A stretch of 54,877 nt of DNA from Bigelowiella natans CCMP2755 (Eukaryota > Protista > Cercozoa): the NCBI GenBank assembly GCA_000320545.1, contig ADNK01001011.1:1-54877 (forward strand). Direction: 5' to 3'. Within the stretch, counting starts at the first letter, position 1. Each line of letters opens with the position of its first letter. Positions 12,786 through 25,946 of the stretch are shown here, piece by piece. The position numbers were made by a program, and so were the translations under genes. The notes beneath the pieces were generated by a model that did not search any database, had not been told where the DNA came from, and worked only from the letters and a program-made list of their open reading frames with translations.

Positions 12786-15085
12786 GAGAGAAGGGACCAA
12801 GAGATATGAGGAAGGCAACCAAAATTTGTTGGTTTTCTTCCCTTCGTGACCCAGAAATATTTGTGGTTGAAGTAATCGGGTTTCTTTTCGGAGTGATCGT
12901 CGATCCACGACGCCATTAACAATCTATCGGTATTCTGGAAGGCGCTCACAACGAAGCAGCATCCCTTTTGCAACTAATTGGCCTCCATTTTCATCATCTT
13001 ATTTTGTTACGTCATCGTTATTTACTTCTTAGTCGACTTGGAGCGGGTAGGGGTTCGGCGTCTCCATCACCACCGCCCCTAGAGGAGGTAAAGTCTGCAC
13101 CGCATTACCCACCAGAAGGGTATGATGCGAGCTACAATCAACAAGACGACGAAGGCGAAGATGATGACTACAATGGACACGAACTTGCAATTGCGCAGCT
13201 TCTTTCCGCAATGAAGAAGTCGAACATCTGCGCAGCTTGTCGCCATGCAAAGAAGGGCGGGTGTGGCACATCTAGAGCGTACCATTACTGCGAGCGCCAT
13301 CCTGACCGAGCGACATCCGCATCTTCCTTTCGGGGGGATGCAGCAGCAGCGACTGGCACTGGGGCAAGTCGTCGAGCAGCTTCTTCGTCGTCATCGTCAT
13401 CGTCATTTTCCAAGGCCAGGTGTGCTGTCTGTCGGAGGATAAAGAAAGGCTCGTGCGGCACAGAGCGGGCCCATCCCCGCTGCCTTCGTCGTCGAGGGTG
13501 GTCAGCAGCTGCTGCTGAGGGGGTCTTGGCCGTTGTCGCCCAAGCTGCTCTTGAGGAGGAGGAGGAAGAAGGAAGGATGCGGCACAGGGGAGCTAGTGCG
13601 ATGGAGAAGAACAAGCGCCAACGACGGAGAAGGAATGACAACAACGAGGAGGCGCGAGCAGCTGGCAGCGTCCCACAGCAATGACGGAGAAGCGGCAGTG
13701 ATGATGCAGTTGGATGATGGAAAGCAGCAACAGAAATATGCCGTAGCATCAGCAGCAGCGCAGTACTCCCTCGCCGGAAGACTAAGCAGCAGCAGGAGGG
13801 TGAGAAACCAGCAGATCAACCGGGGTTTCCACCCCCCCCAGTTGAACGGAAAGTCTGGTCGTAGTACCAACGCCGCCAGCGCTAGCAGCAGTAGCGGCAG
13901 CGTGAGCAACAGCAGCAATAGCAAACAGAAACCCAAGAAGAAGCGGAATAGAATCAGCCAGCGCTGCGAGGCCTGTCGGCGTGCGAAGAAAGGCTACTGC
14001 GGCACCGATAGGGCTCATAGACATTGTTTGCGTCTCCCTGCCAATGCTCACCGTCGTAATGCTGCTGCTGCTGCTGCTGGAGGAGGAGGAGGAGGTGGAA
14101 GTAGTGGTAGCGGCAATGTTGCTAAATCTCGCCCACTGCCGCAGTCTCCTCCCGCATTCGAGAATAATAAGAAGAGTGGTGGTGGTGGTGGTGGTGGTAG
14201 CCAGCACATGAAGAATGACAAAGCCGACGAAAAACAAGGAGGAGGAGGAGGGGCGGCGGCCGCTGTCACAGGAGGAGCGAACGGGACAGATGCAGGCGCT
14301 GATGCCGCCGCCGTAGCCGCCGCCGCTTTGAGTATAATTAGTGGTGCGGCAAGCAGTGATAGGGAAGGGGACGAAAAGAAGCAGGAGGGAGGAGGAGGAG
14401 GAGGAGGAGGCGAAGAAGATGATAAGGATGGTGATGATGTGGGGGTGCAAATGACCGCAAGAACGACAGTGAAGAAAGGCATCACTGCTGCTGCTGCTGC
14501 TACTGCCAGTGGAGAGTATGAGGAAGAGGGAAAGCTAGGCGTAGGTGCTAAAGCGACGGGAGGCCCAATACAACAAGGAGAAGGGACTTTCGCAACGCCG
14601 CAGCGAGTAAAGCAGGAGCGGGAGAAGAAAGATAGAGATGGAGGGGAGAAGGAGGAGGAGCAAGAGAAGGGGGGGAGGGGAGTGCGGCAAGAGGAGAGCT
14701 CTCTTAGAAAACCATCAATGGAGGGAGGGGGGGGAAGCAGCAGCAACTGGAAGCAGCAGACACGATTCGAATCTGAATCTATCGCTGCTATGACCAAAAT
14801 ACCTACTATCATCCCCGGCGCGACGACGACTAGCAGTAGTTCTGCGAAGAAGAAGAAGAAAAAGAGGACGGCGAGCAAGCGATGCAAGGCCTGCATACGG
14901 CTAAAGAAGGGTTACTGTGGGACCGAGAGAGCGGTGGCGAGGTGTCTCAGAAGGCAGCAGCTGCTCCAAGCTAACGCTGGTAGGCAGTAATAAGTAGGAG
15001 TATTCTAAGGACTAGTAATAGCGGTGGTGGCAGTGGTGGTGAATAGCAGTAGGAGTAGTAATAGTAGTAGTAGTAGTAGTAGTGT

Positions 15086-15129
<44 letters not shown>

Positions 15130-16501
15130 AGTGTGTGTGTGTGTGTGTATTATAGTAGTGGTAGTGATATCGAAACAACCCTGGAGAGACTCTCACTCGA
15201 GGAGGGTTGTGACTAATTACAATAAATATAATGACGCCCAGTTGCAGCAGAGCAGCAGCAGCAGCAGCAGCAGTAGCATACAAAAGCTGTTGTAAAAATT
15301 CTTACGCGTACTGTGCCCCCCCCCCCCCCCCTTATTCCCCTTCATCTTCTTTACCCTCTTACTCGAAAGGCGGAGGCACGCAGCTGAAGCCTATCGTAAA
15401 CAATAAAAAGCAGAAGCTGCAACAACAACAACAACAACAACAACAATCAGCCAAGAGGAAGGCTGGATCTGCTGGTGTGAATAGCAGCAGCACCACAAGC
15501 AGCAGCAGCAGCAGCAGCATCGTAGACAGCAGCAGCCGTAGCAAGAGCAACAACAGAAAGCAGAAGAAGGAACATCCCAAGAAAAAGGCCACAGAACCAG
15601 CAGACATCAGCTTTTGCGGCAGCGACATCCCCGATTACCTCCGGAAACGAACGAAGAAGAGGATAAGGGGGGGGGACAAAAGAAGACGCGGCGCCGAGGA
15701 CAACGGGGAGAGAGTAGACTTGTCCAAAAAAGGAAATAATGGCGACACAAAGCAGAAGAAGGCCAAGACCATCAAGGAAAAGAAGGCAGCGGCGGGCTCT
15801 ACCACCACCGTCAAGGCTGAGGGGGGAGGGAAGTTAAATGCAGGGAAAAAGAAAGCAAAGAAGCAGATGATAGGTCGGGCAGGGGCTCCAGGCCAAGGAG
15901 GAGGAGGAGGAGGAGTGAAGCCGCAAGTTGAAGTCACACACTGGGCGCAGTGCGAAAAGTAGTAAGCAATCGTTCACAAATCATCGGCAAATCGACAGCA
16001 GCTGCAGCCACATGTCGTAGGATTATTGTGATCAGTAGTAGTAGCTGGTCGTTGCATTGTTTGTGGTGATGACGACGATGAGGAGGAGAGGAGGAGGAGG
16101 AGGAAGAGGATATTATGGGGTAGATCGATCCTCTTCTCGTGAGACGAACGTAAATGCAATAACAGCCACGTGTACCACTACAACATTCCTTACGTGTTGT
16201 TGTTTTGTATCACCATCATCATCATCGTCTAGGTGCAACAAGTGGAGGAAGGTCTTCAATCCCCCTAAGGGCAAGTTCTTTTGCCTGGACGTTTATAAGA
16301 AGTAATAGTGACATAGAAGAAGCAGCAGTCATCATAATCGATAACGTATGCATGATGACTCTTCTGCGGCACTCTCATCCCTAAGCAGCCCTGCATATGC
16401 TGATAGTAACATCGTAAAACACGTGTAAATGATATGATGCGTCTGAATGCACATATCCAGCTGTTCTGATCCTGAGGATGACTACGACGACGGGGAAAAT
16501 C

Positions 16502-16536
<35 letters not shown>

Positions 16537-18192
16537 ATAGTAGTAGTAATTGTAGTAGTAATTGTAGTGGTTGTTGTAGCGATACACCGGCGAAGGAGAA
16601 GCAGCATGTACCATTTGTTGAGGAGACTTATGCTATCATAATATGTGCGATCCGAAAGCAATGCCTCTCTTCTTCTCTCTCACTCTCCCTATTATTATTT
16701 TTTTTATTCTTGAAAAACAACGAGCATTAACAACAACAACAACAACAACAACAACAATAATTATAACTACAATAACGACACTGCGCCTTCTTCTTCCTGT
16801 TGTAGGTGGTGACTGATCGGGAGGCCTCCTCCTCCTCCTCCTCTTCTGTGAAAGTTGATAACTCGAAGTACCCAGGCGCTGAAGATAGCGACGACAACGA
16901 TGGCGATAAGCTGGTAAGTAACACTCTACTCTCATCCCTCTTCCCTCCCCCCCCCCCCCCCCTTCTGTGTGTGTGCGTGATTGTGTGTGTGTGTGTGTGT
17001 GTGTGTGTATGACTGTTAGATGGGACTCCATCCTTGGATAAGGCGTCGACGTAAGCTCTCGTTGGAGGAGTGCCTCTCTCGAGACCTTACAGCGGTATGC
17101 ATACGATCCAGTAGCAGCAGCAAGCAGCAGCAGTAGTAGTTAGTTGTAGCAGCAGCAGTAGTAGTAGTAGTAGTAGTTGTTGTTGTTGTAGCAGTAGTAG
17201 TAGTAGTTGTAGCAGTAGTAGTAGTAGTTGCTGTTGTTGAAGGGAAAAAAGTCATAATAATAGCCAGAATCAGACACGTCGGTGAAGATCCGCACTGTAG
17301 TCGCCTAATAACCCACTTATCCGCCCCCCTGTGAGTATGTGAGAGCGTAATACGCTGCGCCTCCTTCTCCCCCCTCCTCCCCCCCTCTCTCGCTTTGTCT
17401 GTCTTGATAGAATACGGTCAATAATAACGTATTATCATTATTACTATCATTCAGTCGGAGCAGTTCCGGAAAGCTGCACAGCAGTTTGGCGCTGCTACTT
17501 GCAAGAGGAAGAAGCGAGGTAGGTCCTGCTTCTGCTGCTGCTGCTGTAGGAATGCAATTGATGATTGTGTTGCTGAAAGCAACTGGTAGAATTAAGGTTC
17601 AGCAAGTACGGCGACCGTCGTCATCGTCCTCCTGTTGCGCACAACAGCCCAGACGCTCTCCTCGTGCCGCTGCATGCTGCATGATAGGAATTAGATGAGA
17701 AAGACCTTTGTCATCTCGAGATATGATGCGTGTGTGTGTGAGTGTGTGTGTGTGTGTGTGCGTGTGTGTGCGTGTGTGTGTGTGTATGCGTGGTTGTGTG
17801 GCTGGGGACGGCTCGTTGGGTGATGATCTTCGTTGATTCGGTCGTCAGAGGACGAGAGGCTTGCTACCTGGGGAAATAACCACCATTCGAGTAATAAGCT
17901 ACGAGCTCATGATGATGATGATGATGATGGTGATGAGATATATGTAGAGACAACAACAATTGCCCATAACCATCATCATCATCACCGCCCTGCTTATTAG
18001 GCGAATTCTCAATACCCTTTGAAGTGGCAGCACGATATGGAGACCGTATGGGATTCATGTCGAGAAAGGTGACGATGATGATGATGATGATGATGACGAT
18101 GATTATTGTTTGCTCTTCGCGGCTCATGGTGTCCTCCTCCTCCTCCGCCTCAGAATAGTAGATGATTGAAGATGATGATGAATCTCTCTTTC

Positions 18193-18240
<48 letters not shown>

Positions 18241-18308
18241 TCCCCAGGCTTTCCGTGCGTGTAAGGATGGTCTGCTAGTGAGGAAGGGCTATATACGGGT
18301 TGACAATA

Positions 18309-18343
<35 letters not shown>

Positions 18344-19096
18344 TTTTGGATGTTTTTCATGAATTTCTTCTCAACCCTACTCCCCCCCCCCCCCTCCCCC
18401 TTCTATTTCACACTTTACTTAGTTGAGGGAGGAGGAGGCTGAGCGATGCGGCCTTCCGGACCAGTGGCTGAGGGGTCTCTTCTTAGCACAGAGAGCAAAA
18501 GCAGGTTGTGTGGATGGTGGTGGAGGGTAGGGGAGGGGGGGGGGAATGTAAATGCCGCATTTGCCTCTATTTATGATGCTGCCGCTGACATGGAGAGGAG
18601 GAGGAGGAGGAGGAGGAGGAGAAAGAAGACAACAGCATAGAGAGAGGGACATAACACGACACGATGGCAACAATAAGCACAACATTTATTACAAAGAGTA
18701 GAAGGTTAGTTCATGATCCAATTTGTTGTAGTACCGTCTCTCTCTCTTCCCCTTTCCTCCTCCTCCTACTTCTACGACGATGACACGATGACGATGGTGC
18801 TATATGTGTATGGTGATGATATATCTCCAAGGCTCCTTCTTGTTTCGATTTGACGGTGATGAGGTCACCCGCGAGAAGGTTCTCAGCTTCAACAACGGAG
18901 TCAGTGAGCACAACAAGAAACTTAGTGACGACATGAAAGCAGCAGCAGCAGCAGCTGCTGCCACCTCTGCCTCCAGCAGCAACCACACTAATGGTGAGAG
19001 AACACATAATCACCTGCTGATGCTTTTCACGTGACTGCATTCATTCCAAATCAGTGCATTCTACACACATAGGGAAGGAGGGAGGGAGGGGGGAGG

Positions 19097-19138
<42 letters not shown>

Positions 19139-19667
19139 GGCGGGAAAGAAACGTATTCGTTGAGTAGTTTTGTTCTTTCTCGTGTAGGTGCTGGTGGCTC
19201 TGCCTTAGCCGTTACGGGGGACAGGAAGAAGACCACGCACTTGCTCCAAGTCGGCAAGTGCTACATCGATGCGTCTGACACAATGCGCTTTCCGAACGGG
19301 CTTCTCAACACAAATCCTGGTAATAACAAGCTAATGGTGGTGATGGCAGAGAGAAGGAACGAGCCTCTAGCATCATCGTCGCCTCCGCTATCACCACCCT
19401 TGCTTCCCTCCCCCTCCTTATGATGCTCCGTGGCTGAGTCGTCATTGATGTGATGATGATGATAGGAGGACCGAATTCTTGCGTGTTCGCATCCAGCCTC
19501 TACAAGCACTACCAACGCAATGCTCCGTATGAGTCTTCGCGGAACGTGTTCGTATCGAGGGACTGCCCAGCGGGCACCCTCCTCACCGCCAAGTGAGGAG
19601 AGCAACAACAACGACGATGACAATCACCACCACCACCACCACCACTAATCTAGACAGCAAAGATGAC

Positions 19668-19701
<34 letters not shown>

Positions 19702-19930
19702 CGGATGAAGGAAAAGAAGAGGTGGTCTCACTTCTTCAAGATCTTCATCCGCGCCGCAAATTAGACGCCGCGACCCGCGAGCTGAGCAGCGACAGGAGAA
19801 TGAATACTTACTCACCGATGGCCTTTGTTACACTCTCACACGCGCTCACACGTACACACACGTACCATAACAAGTAACCAATAAAAGAGCCACCGACATC
19901 CTTATCAACATCAACACCATCATCATCATC

Positions 19931-19966
<36 letters not shown>

Positions 19967-20272
19967 CCTCAGATTCGGCAAGGACTTCTGCACTGAGGGG
20001 TTTGTGAAGCTAGACCTTGAGCCTTGCAGCGGCGAGTGGCAAGCGATGTCAAGGGGGATGTTCCGGCCCTCCCGCATGGCCGGAACCAACCTGAAGTCCC
20101 TCCTCAAGTCGTCGGCGTCCAAGAAGAAGCGCACGCGCAAGCGCAGCAGCACAGATGGGGGTGGGGGTGCGGGCAGTAATGGGGGGTCGGGCAAGCGGCG
20201 AAGGCCTCTCACGAAGAAGGAACTCAAGGAGCAAGAGCAGATACGCCAAGTCATGCGAGCTGTCTATGGTTG

Positions 20273-20315
<43 letters not shown>

Positions 20316-20667
20316 TTTGCCTTGTTTGGAAACAGTCGTCGTCGTTTTGGTTATTATTGTTGTAGTAGTAGTGAGAGTAATAGTAGTGGTAGTAGTAGTA
20401 GTAGTGGTAGTAGTAGGAGAAAGCAGCGTTAAGACAGACGCAGTACGCAGCAAATCACTTCCAAGGGGGAGAGATGGTAGGGTATATTGCCCATCCAGAA
20501 GTAGATAGATTAGATTGATAGAAACACACGCAACCACGCAGAGCAGCCTTTTCATTGAAAGCAGCTGTCCTTTATCATCATCACCATTAATACACTCGCT
20601 CATTGTGGCTGATGATGATGATGACAATTCCACAGGGATGAGGAACCTGAAAGACCCCGCCAAGTGA
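12235..20667 (+). CDS. Large chromatin protein: 4x CxxCxxxKKGxCGTxxAxxxCxR repeats + CW-type zinc finger + divergent SET domain
   Basis: The exon chain is phase-consistent from the CW exons to the stop. CW: WAQCEK|CNKWRKV..KFFC..YKN|CSDPED (15942-16480). SET: LLVRKGYI..RGLFLAQRAKA|GSFLFRFDGDEV..THLLQVGKCYIDAS..GLLNTNP|GGPNSCVF..VFVSRDCPAGTLLTAK|FGKDF (18270-19990). The stop is at 20665-20667. A likely intron at 13501-13678 joins the two overlapping repeat ORFs. The start exons are tentative. Confidence 0.8.
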
Positions 20668-20828
20668 ATAACAACAACAACAACAATCTGGGCAATTCTA
20701 GCGTCTTTGGAGGGATGAGGCCAGAAATCACCACGTCGGATTTTCACCATTTTCATGAGAACCGCCGAAATTCAGCATTTTACAGCTCTTGATGCGTAAG
20801 GAGCATAGTTTTCGATTGATTGTCACAC

Positions 20829-20871
<43 letters not shown>

Positions 20872-21719
20872 ATTAATTAATGGCACGGATGTACAATAAG
20901 ATTTTTCTGACAAACCATCGCTCAAGGAAAGCAAACATTGAGAGGCAACTGCTTCATCGACTGTAGTAGTATCCGGGAGCAAGCGTGGCAGCTATGTAGT
21001 GTACATTAGTGGAAAATCTGATCATTCATTGCATTGCATGCGAATATAAGAAGCAATGCTTGCGTCTCTCGCGCATCATTAGTTGATGATTATAATAATA
21101 CGAAATCAGAATAATACGACTTGTTTCTAGATGGGTTGTTGCGTAATTAAGCCACTTCTTGAATCGTACACTTGCTCGCTCGCTCGCTCATACCATGCAT
21201 GCACATGCTAGCATGCCAGCTAGAATAACCACAATTTAGGTTTCTATCTTGCCTCTTTAGCTCTCTAGCTCTCTTTTGCTATAAGGATGAACTTATCTGT
21301 GCGCATATACAACTAGAAACTAGCAGCAGGAGGATGCTTGTTTAATTATGATGTTGTGCGCAATCAAATTTAATAAGAGCGTTGCGTATACATGCATAGC
21401 CAAATTTGTAGTAGCGCTGCAAAAAAAGGTTATGTAGCTTCTAGAGCTAATCCTACGCCTGTCTAGCTACCTGTTTGTGTCTAAACATACGTGCACATTG
21501 TTCATGATGATGAATCCCTTGTACCGAGAACACCATGCCATGCAACGTACTGTTTCAGCACACTCACATTTTGATTCATAGAGTTTCGCGCTAATGTGCA
21601 AGATGTAATCGATAATATGACAAATTTTGTCTCTTATTCATGCATCACACACTTTATTTTGGTAGGCTACTAAAGAACACATTCATCTAAATGCATTCTG
21701 ATGTCAATGCTAGCTATGC

Positions 21720-22778
21720 TTAAAGAGCTTCCGCGAACATCCCGTAAGTAACAAAGACGTGCCACTCCTCAATGGCCATACCTGCAAACGTGGAAAATGA
21801 AATATTGAGAAAGGAACGGCAGGGTAGCATCTATGTTGTACCAGAATAATACGATAACATAAAACGAAAAACCAGAATGTAAAATCAACAACAAGAGAGA
21901 CGGAGGTGAAAGGGGGGGGGGCTGCTTCTGACTCAAGCACGATGCATGTGCTGCTTGCTGCCTTTGCGTAGCATTTTTACCAATTCGATCTGCCTCGTCC
22001 ATGCATTCCTTTGAAGGACGTGTAGCGTAAGAAAAGAAGAGACACCACACGGATAGATGAGCAGATGAATCAACAAATGGATCGACAAATGAATTGCCAG
22101 AAGCAAATCAGATAATAAAATCTGGACTGATTTTTCGGAGTTGCACCGAAAAACAGCATCACTTATGAGCTCAAAAGCGATTTGGAAGCCAAATGCAAAA
22201 GTTGTTGTAGTTGTTATTCTTTTAACTAATGAAAAGGAGGAGTTATCGGGGGAGGAGGAGGAGGAGGAGGAGAAAAAGAACCGGGAATTCGGCCAAAAGG
22301 TAAAACACAACAGAGTATAGTAAAACACCTGCATGCCGCTTATCTTCACTTTCATGTTCTCATCAGCAGCGACATTGAGATTTGAGCACATCATCGGGTT
22401 GACCTATGTTGTTGTTGGTATGATATGATCGTGTGGTTTGTGTGGCTCTTTTGTTTGTTTGTTTGTATGGTGCTGCGTGGGTGATGCAGCATCGTATACT
22501 CATGGTAGATGATGCTTTTGAATGAAATCGTCGTCTGGTATTGTTTACAATATGTGTGTGGGTGCTTATGCCTCCTCTCCCCGTCATGTTGTTCTTACTT
22601 GGTAGTCCTTAACAACCATGGGCATGACCGTAACGCTCGTGATCACCTGGAGATAGGTAGAGGTATGCGTGTGTGTGTGTGTGTGTGTTTTGAATGTGTA
22701 CTTATACCTGGATGATGATGATGATGGTGATGATGATAAGTTGTTCGCAGTATAGGTGTATTTGCACACGACAAAACA

Positions 22779-22817
<39 letters not shown>

Positions 22818-23035
22818 CTAGATATACAATACACACTACTACTACTACTCCTACTCCTACTCCTTCACTTCTACTACTCACCGGGCTGCATTTGTACAAG
22901 CTCCAAGGGTAAGATGCGCATGGCGACCCTCCTAAGTCCTCAGTGCTAAGAACCATTTCATCAGCATCCTGAAATAATAATAGGATGATGGAGAACAAAG
23001 GGGTGAGATGATCGATATGCTTTGTCCCTTTCTCT

Positions 23036-23079
<44 letters not shown>

Positions 23080-23598
23080 CAGAGAAGGATGCTAGCTGCA
23101 AGGTTACTTGGCACCTGGTGATCTGGAATGGTATCGATATTCACGGCCATGTGAATGCTGGCCACGACGAAGATGATGATGATGGCGACGATGACGCGAA
23201 AGGCCAGGCGAAAATACCAAAGAGAAAACATTGTCGTAACATCAGAACGAAGGACAACATGGCTGCTGCTGCTGCTGCTGCAGAACAAAAACAGACTCTC
23301 TGGAGATCACAAGAGATCATTCTACCTTGACATTGGATCAATCCCTTAAATAATGAGAGTAACAGCAATACACCCTCCTCCCTTTCCTTTCCTCCCCTTC
23401 CCCTAATCATGCCCCCGCCTCCACCACCACCATCACCATCACCACCACCATCACCACCTTTTGTAAAGGGGGGTGCTCAGAGGATCACGTAAGTTGAGAT
23501 TCGCTGCGTACACACTGCCTTCTGGTCCGATCTGCTCTATGAAGCCCACCTGTGTTGGTTGTTGTGATTGTTGTTATTGTTGTGCTTGCAGAATCCAC

Positions 23599-23631
<33 letters not shown>

Positions 23632-23652
23632 AAGGCGGCACCACACAAAACC

Positions 23653-23687
<35 letters not shown>

Positions 23688-24115
23688 CATAATCGAAAGC
23701 CTAAGAGGAGGAGGAGGAGGAGGAGGGGGCGATGACAGTGCTTGCCAGGGTTAAGACGGCATAGACGACGTACACATCCACTCACTCACTCACTTACCAG
23801 ATCGTTCTTGTTGGATGGAACCTTCGTGTTAACCGTCACAGCATACCTATCAAAGAGCCACCGAATATAAGTAACTGCTTAGCAGAGGCACCTTCCTTCT
23901 CATCTTTGTTGAACCCCGCCCCCCCCTACCCTCCCCCCTATAAATATTCGACGGGGAACATACACGTTCAGCTGAGGCCCGACGTAGCTAGACACGAGCC
24001 CATCCCAGGTCTGAATATGCGGCTCTTCGTCCTATACAAAGTCATTTTGCGTGCAATTAATGAGAGATGATAGACGCAGATATGTGCTGAGGGGGACGAA
24101 GATATACGTGTGCTT

Positions 24116-24148
<33 letters not shown>

Positions 24149-24324
24149 TTGTATTTATATTTATATAGATCGATCGTGGACAACCACCTGCACTTGTATA
24201 GGCATGACAATGAGACCCTTCCTTGGAAGCGTTGTATTTTGGGGTAAGATCGAGATATATCTGAGAAGAAAAACAGCCAATAGAACAAAAGCAACTTTAG
24301 AGCATGCTCATACCCTCACCTACC

Positions 24325-24358
<34 letters not shown>

Positions 24359-24513
24359 TAAACACACTAGTGTATTGTGCCGTCGCTACTGCTAACTGTT
24401 TTTACTACTGCTACTACTACTATTACTACTACTAGTAGTAGTATCAGCACCTCGGGAGGGAGAAATCAGACGTTGGCGCAACTTGCATGACCGTAGCAGA
24501 GACCTATTAGTAA

Positions 24514-24549
<36 letters not shown>

Positions 24550-25525
24550 AATCATATCTAACTGTAAACTCAGCGGGAATTAAGATGGAGAGGGAGAGTG
24601 CAGCTAGCTGCATATCAAACCTCATGCCTCTGGTCGTTGCACAGGGAGATATAAACTGATATGTAATCGAGCTCCGACCGGGGCTGTTGTTGGGGGTTGG
24701 GAGAGGATGACAGAACGAATTACAACACTATGTTAGAGGGAAGAAAGAAAACAACAACGGATCTGAATTGTTCAATCCCTAACCTCGGAATTGGAAGGGG
24801 CGGATATGCTCAGCAACGACTTCCCATTTTGGTATGATATCTGACCGAGGAGAGAGTTGTGATTACGGTTGGATCTTTCTTCTTGGAGTATGGTTGTGAA
24901 GTTATTGTTGAAGGGTGTTAGTACAACTACTACCACTGCTGCTGCTACTACTACCTTAGTTCTCAGCTCATGGTTGTACCACTGCACAATGGGCAAATTA
25001 TCGTCCTCCCCCCCAAGGGCCACCGGTATTGCCTGGGTTGGGGATGGACAAGCACAATTCATAGCATCAAGAAAATGTCGACAAATCGTGATTTCCCCCC
25101 CACCCAGGTTAAGGTGGGTAAATCTAAAATTACCATCATTCCTGTGACGAAGAACCCTTTCGGAATATCGATCTCCATCGTTTGGGGAAGGAACGTCTCG
25201 TTCACCTTCAGGAGACAACAGCAACACTGTTAAGATAGAGAACTAGCTGGTAGCGATGCATCTTAGCAGGTCTATGATATAAGCATCATCTTAAGATTAC
25301 CTGAATTCTAATGGTCTTAACTGCGTGTGGGGGCGGCGAGGATGAAAAGGGTGAGCCGATGACTGAAGCTGAGGGTGTGTACCCCCCAAGCGATAATGCG
25401 AACCATACAACAGCCATCCCCGCCATTGCAGCTGCGCATCCACGCAAAAATGGCCTATATGAAGCCTTGCGTTTAGAAGGCCTCGGTCTTGGTCGTATTA
25501 TCCTTTGGTACGATGGTAGATGCAT
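21720..25525 (-). CDS. Hypothetical type II membrane/secreted protein, about 15 small exons
   Basis: The N-terminus is MHLPSYQRIIRPRPRPSKRK.. followed by hydrophobic CAAAMAGMAVVWFALSLGG. A phase-consistent GT-AG exon chain follows (VNETFLPQTMEID.., WYNHELRTK, ISYQNGK.., DEEPHIQTWDG.., VGFIEQIGPEG.., DADEMVLSTEDLGGSPC..). No family was recognised and the 3' end is uncertain. Confidence 0.6.
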
Positions 25526-25946
25526 CTTAGCGGTCTTGTGTTTGGGGAGGGGGGGTCCGCTGTCCCGCTTGTGAAGTGTATGAGAATTCGTACCGAATGT
25601 TTTCGGTTTGTCTGCAAAGAGGCTTGTCGCAGGATGAAATCCCAGGATGAAATTCAGGTGGTCGATGGTAAGGGTTTTCATCCTGCGACAATGACTTTAT
25701 TGTCGCGAATCATGAAGCGAAGCCCCTCGAAAGATAATAATTCCACATTTCTTACATCCTACGTCTCATCCCCTTGGGTGCATGCCGATTTCTATGGGGA
25801 AAATCCATGAAAAAACATTTTTCAGTTGTCGTATAGAATAATAAGGCCCTTATTTTAGCGATCGTTCCTGATTCTCGAACAACCGGATCGAGACTTACAA
25901 TCAGGGGCCATCGAGTAGACATTGAGAGCCGTCTCCTCCCCCCAAG
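25526..25946. promoter_or_regulatory. Putative bidirectional promoter (~420 bp) between divergent genes
   Basis: Short, microsatellite-free interval between two divergent ATGs. The same layout recurs at 11721-12234, 40272-40648 and 45488-45826. Confidence 0.5.

Noticed and set aside
17020-17054. Stop codon ending the CW-finger gene (DGTPSLDKAST*)
   Set aside because: The preceding exon ends in phase 0 (..GDKL|gtaagt), so this exon reads MGLHPWIRRR and continues toward the SET domain.
24601-24690. Apparent GC-AG intron donor in the orphan minus-strand gene
   Set aside because: Re-reading the frame gives ..NDQRHE followed by a canonical GT donor.
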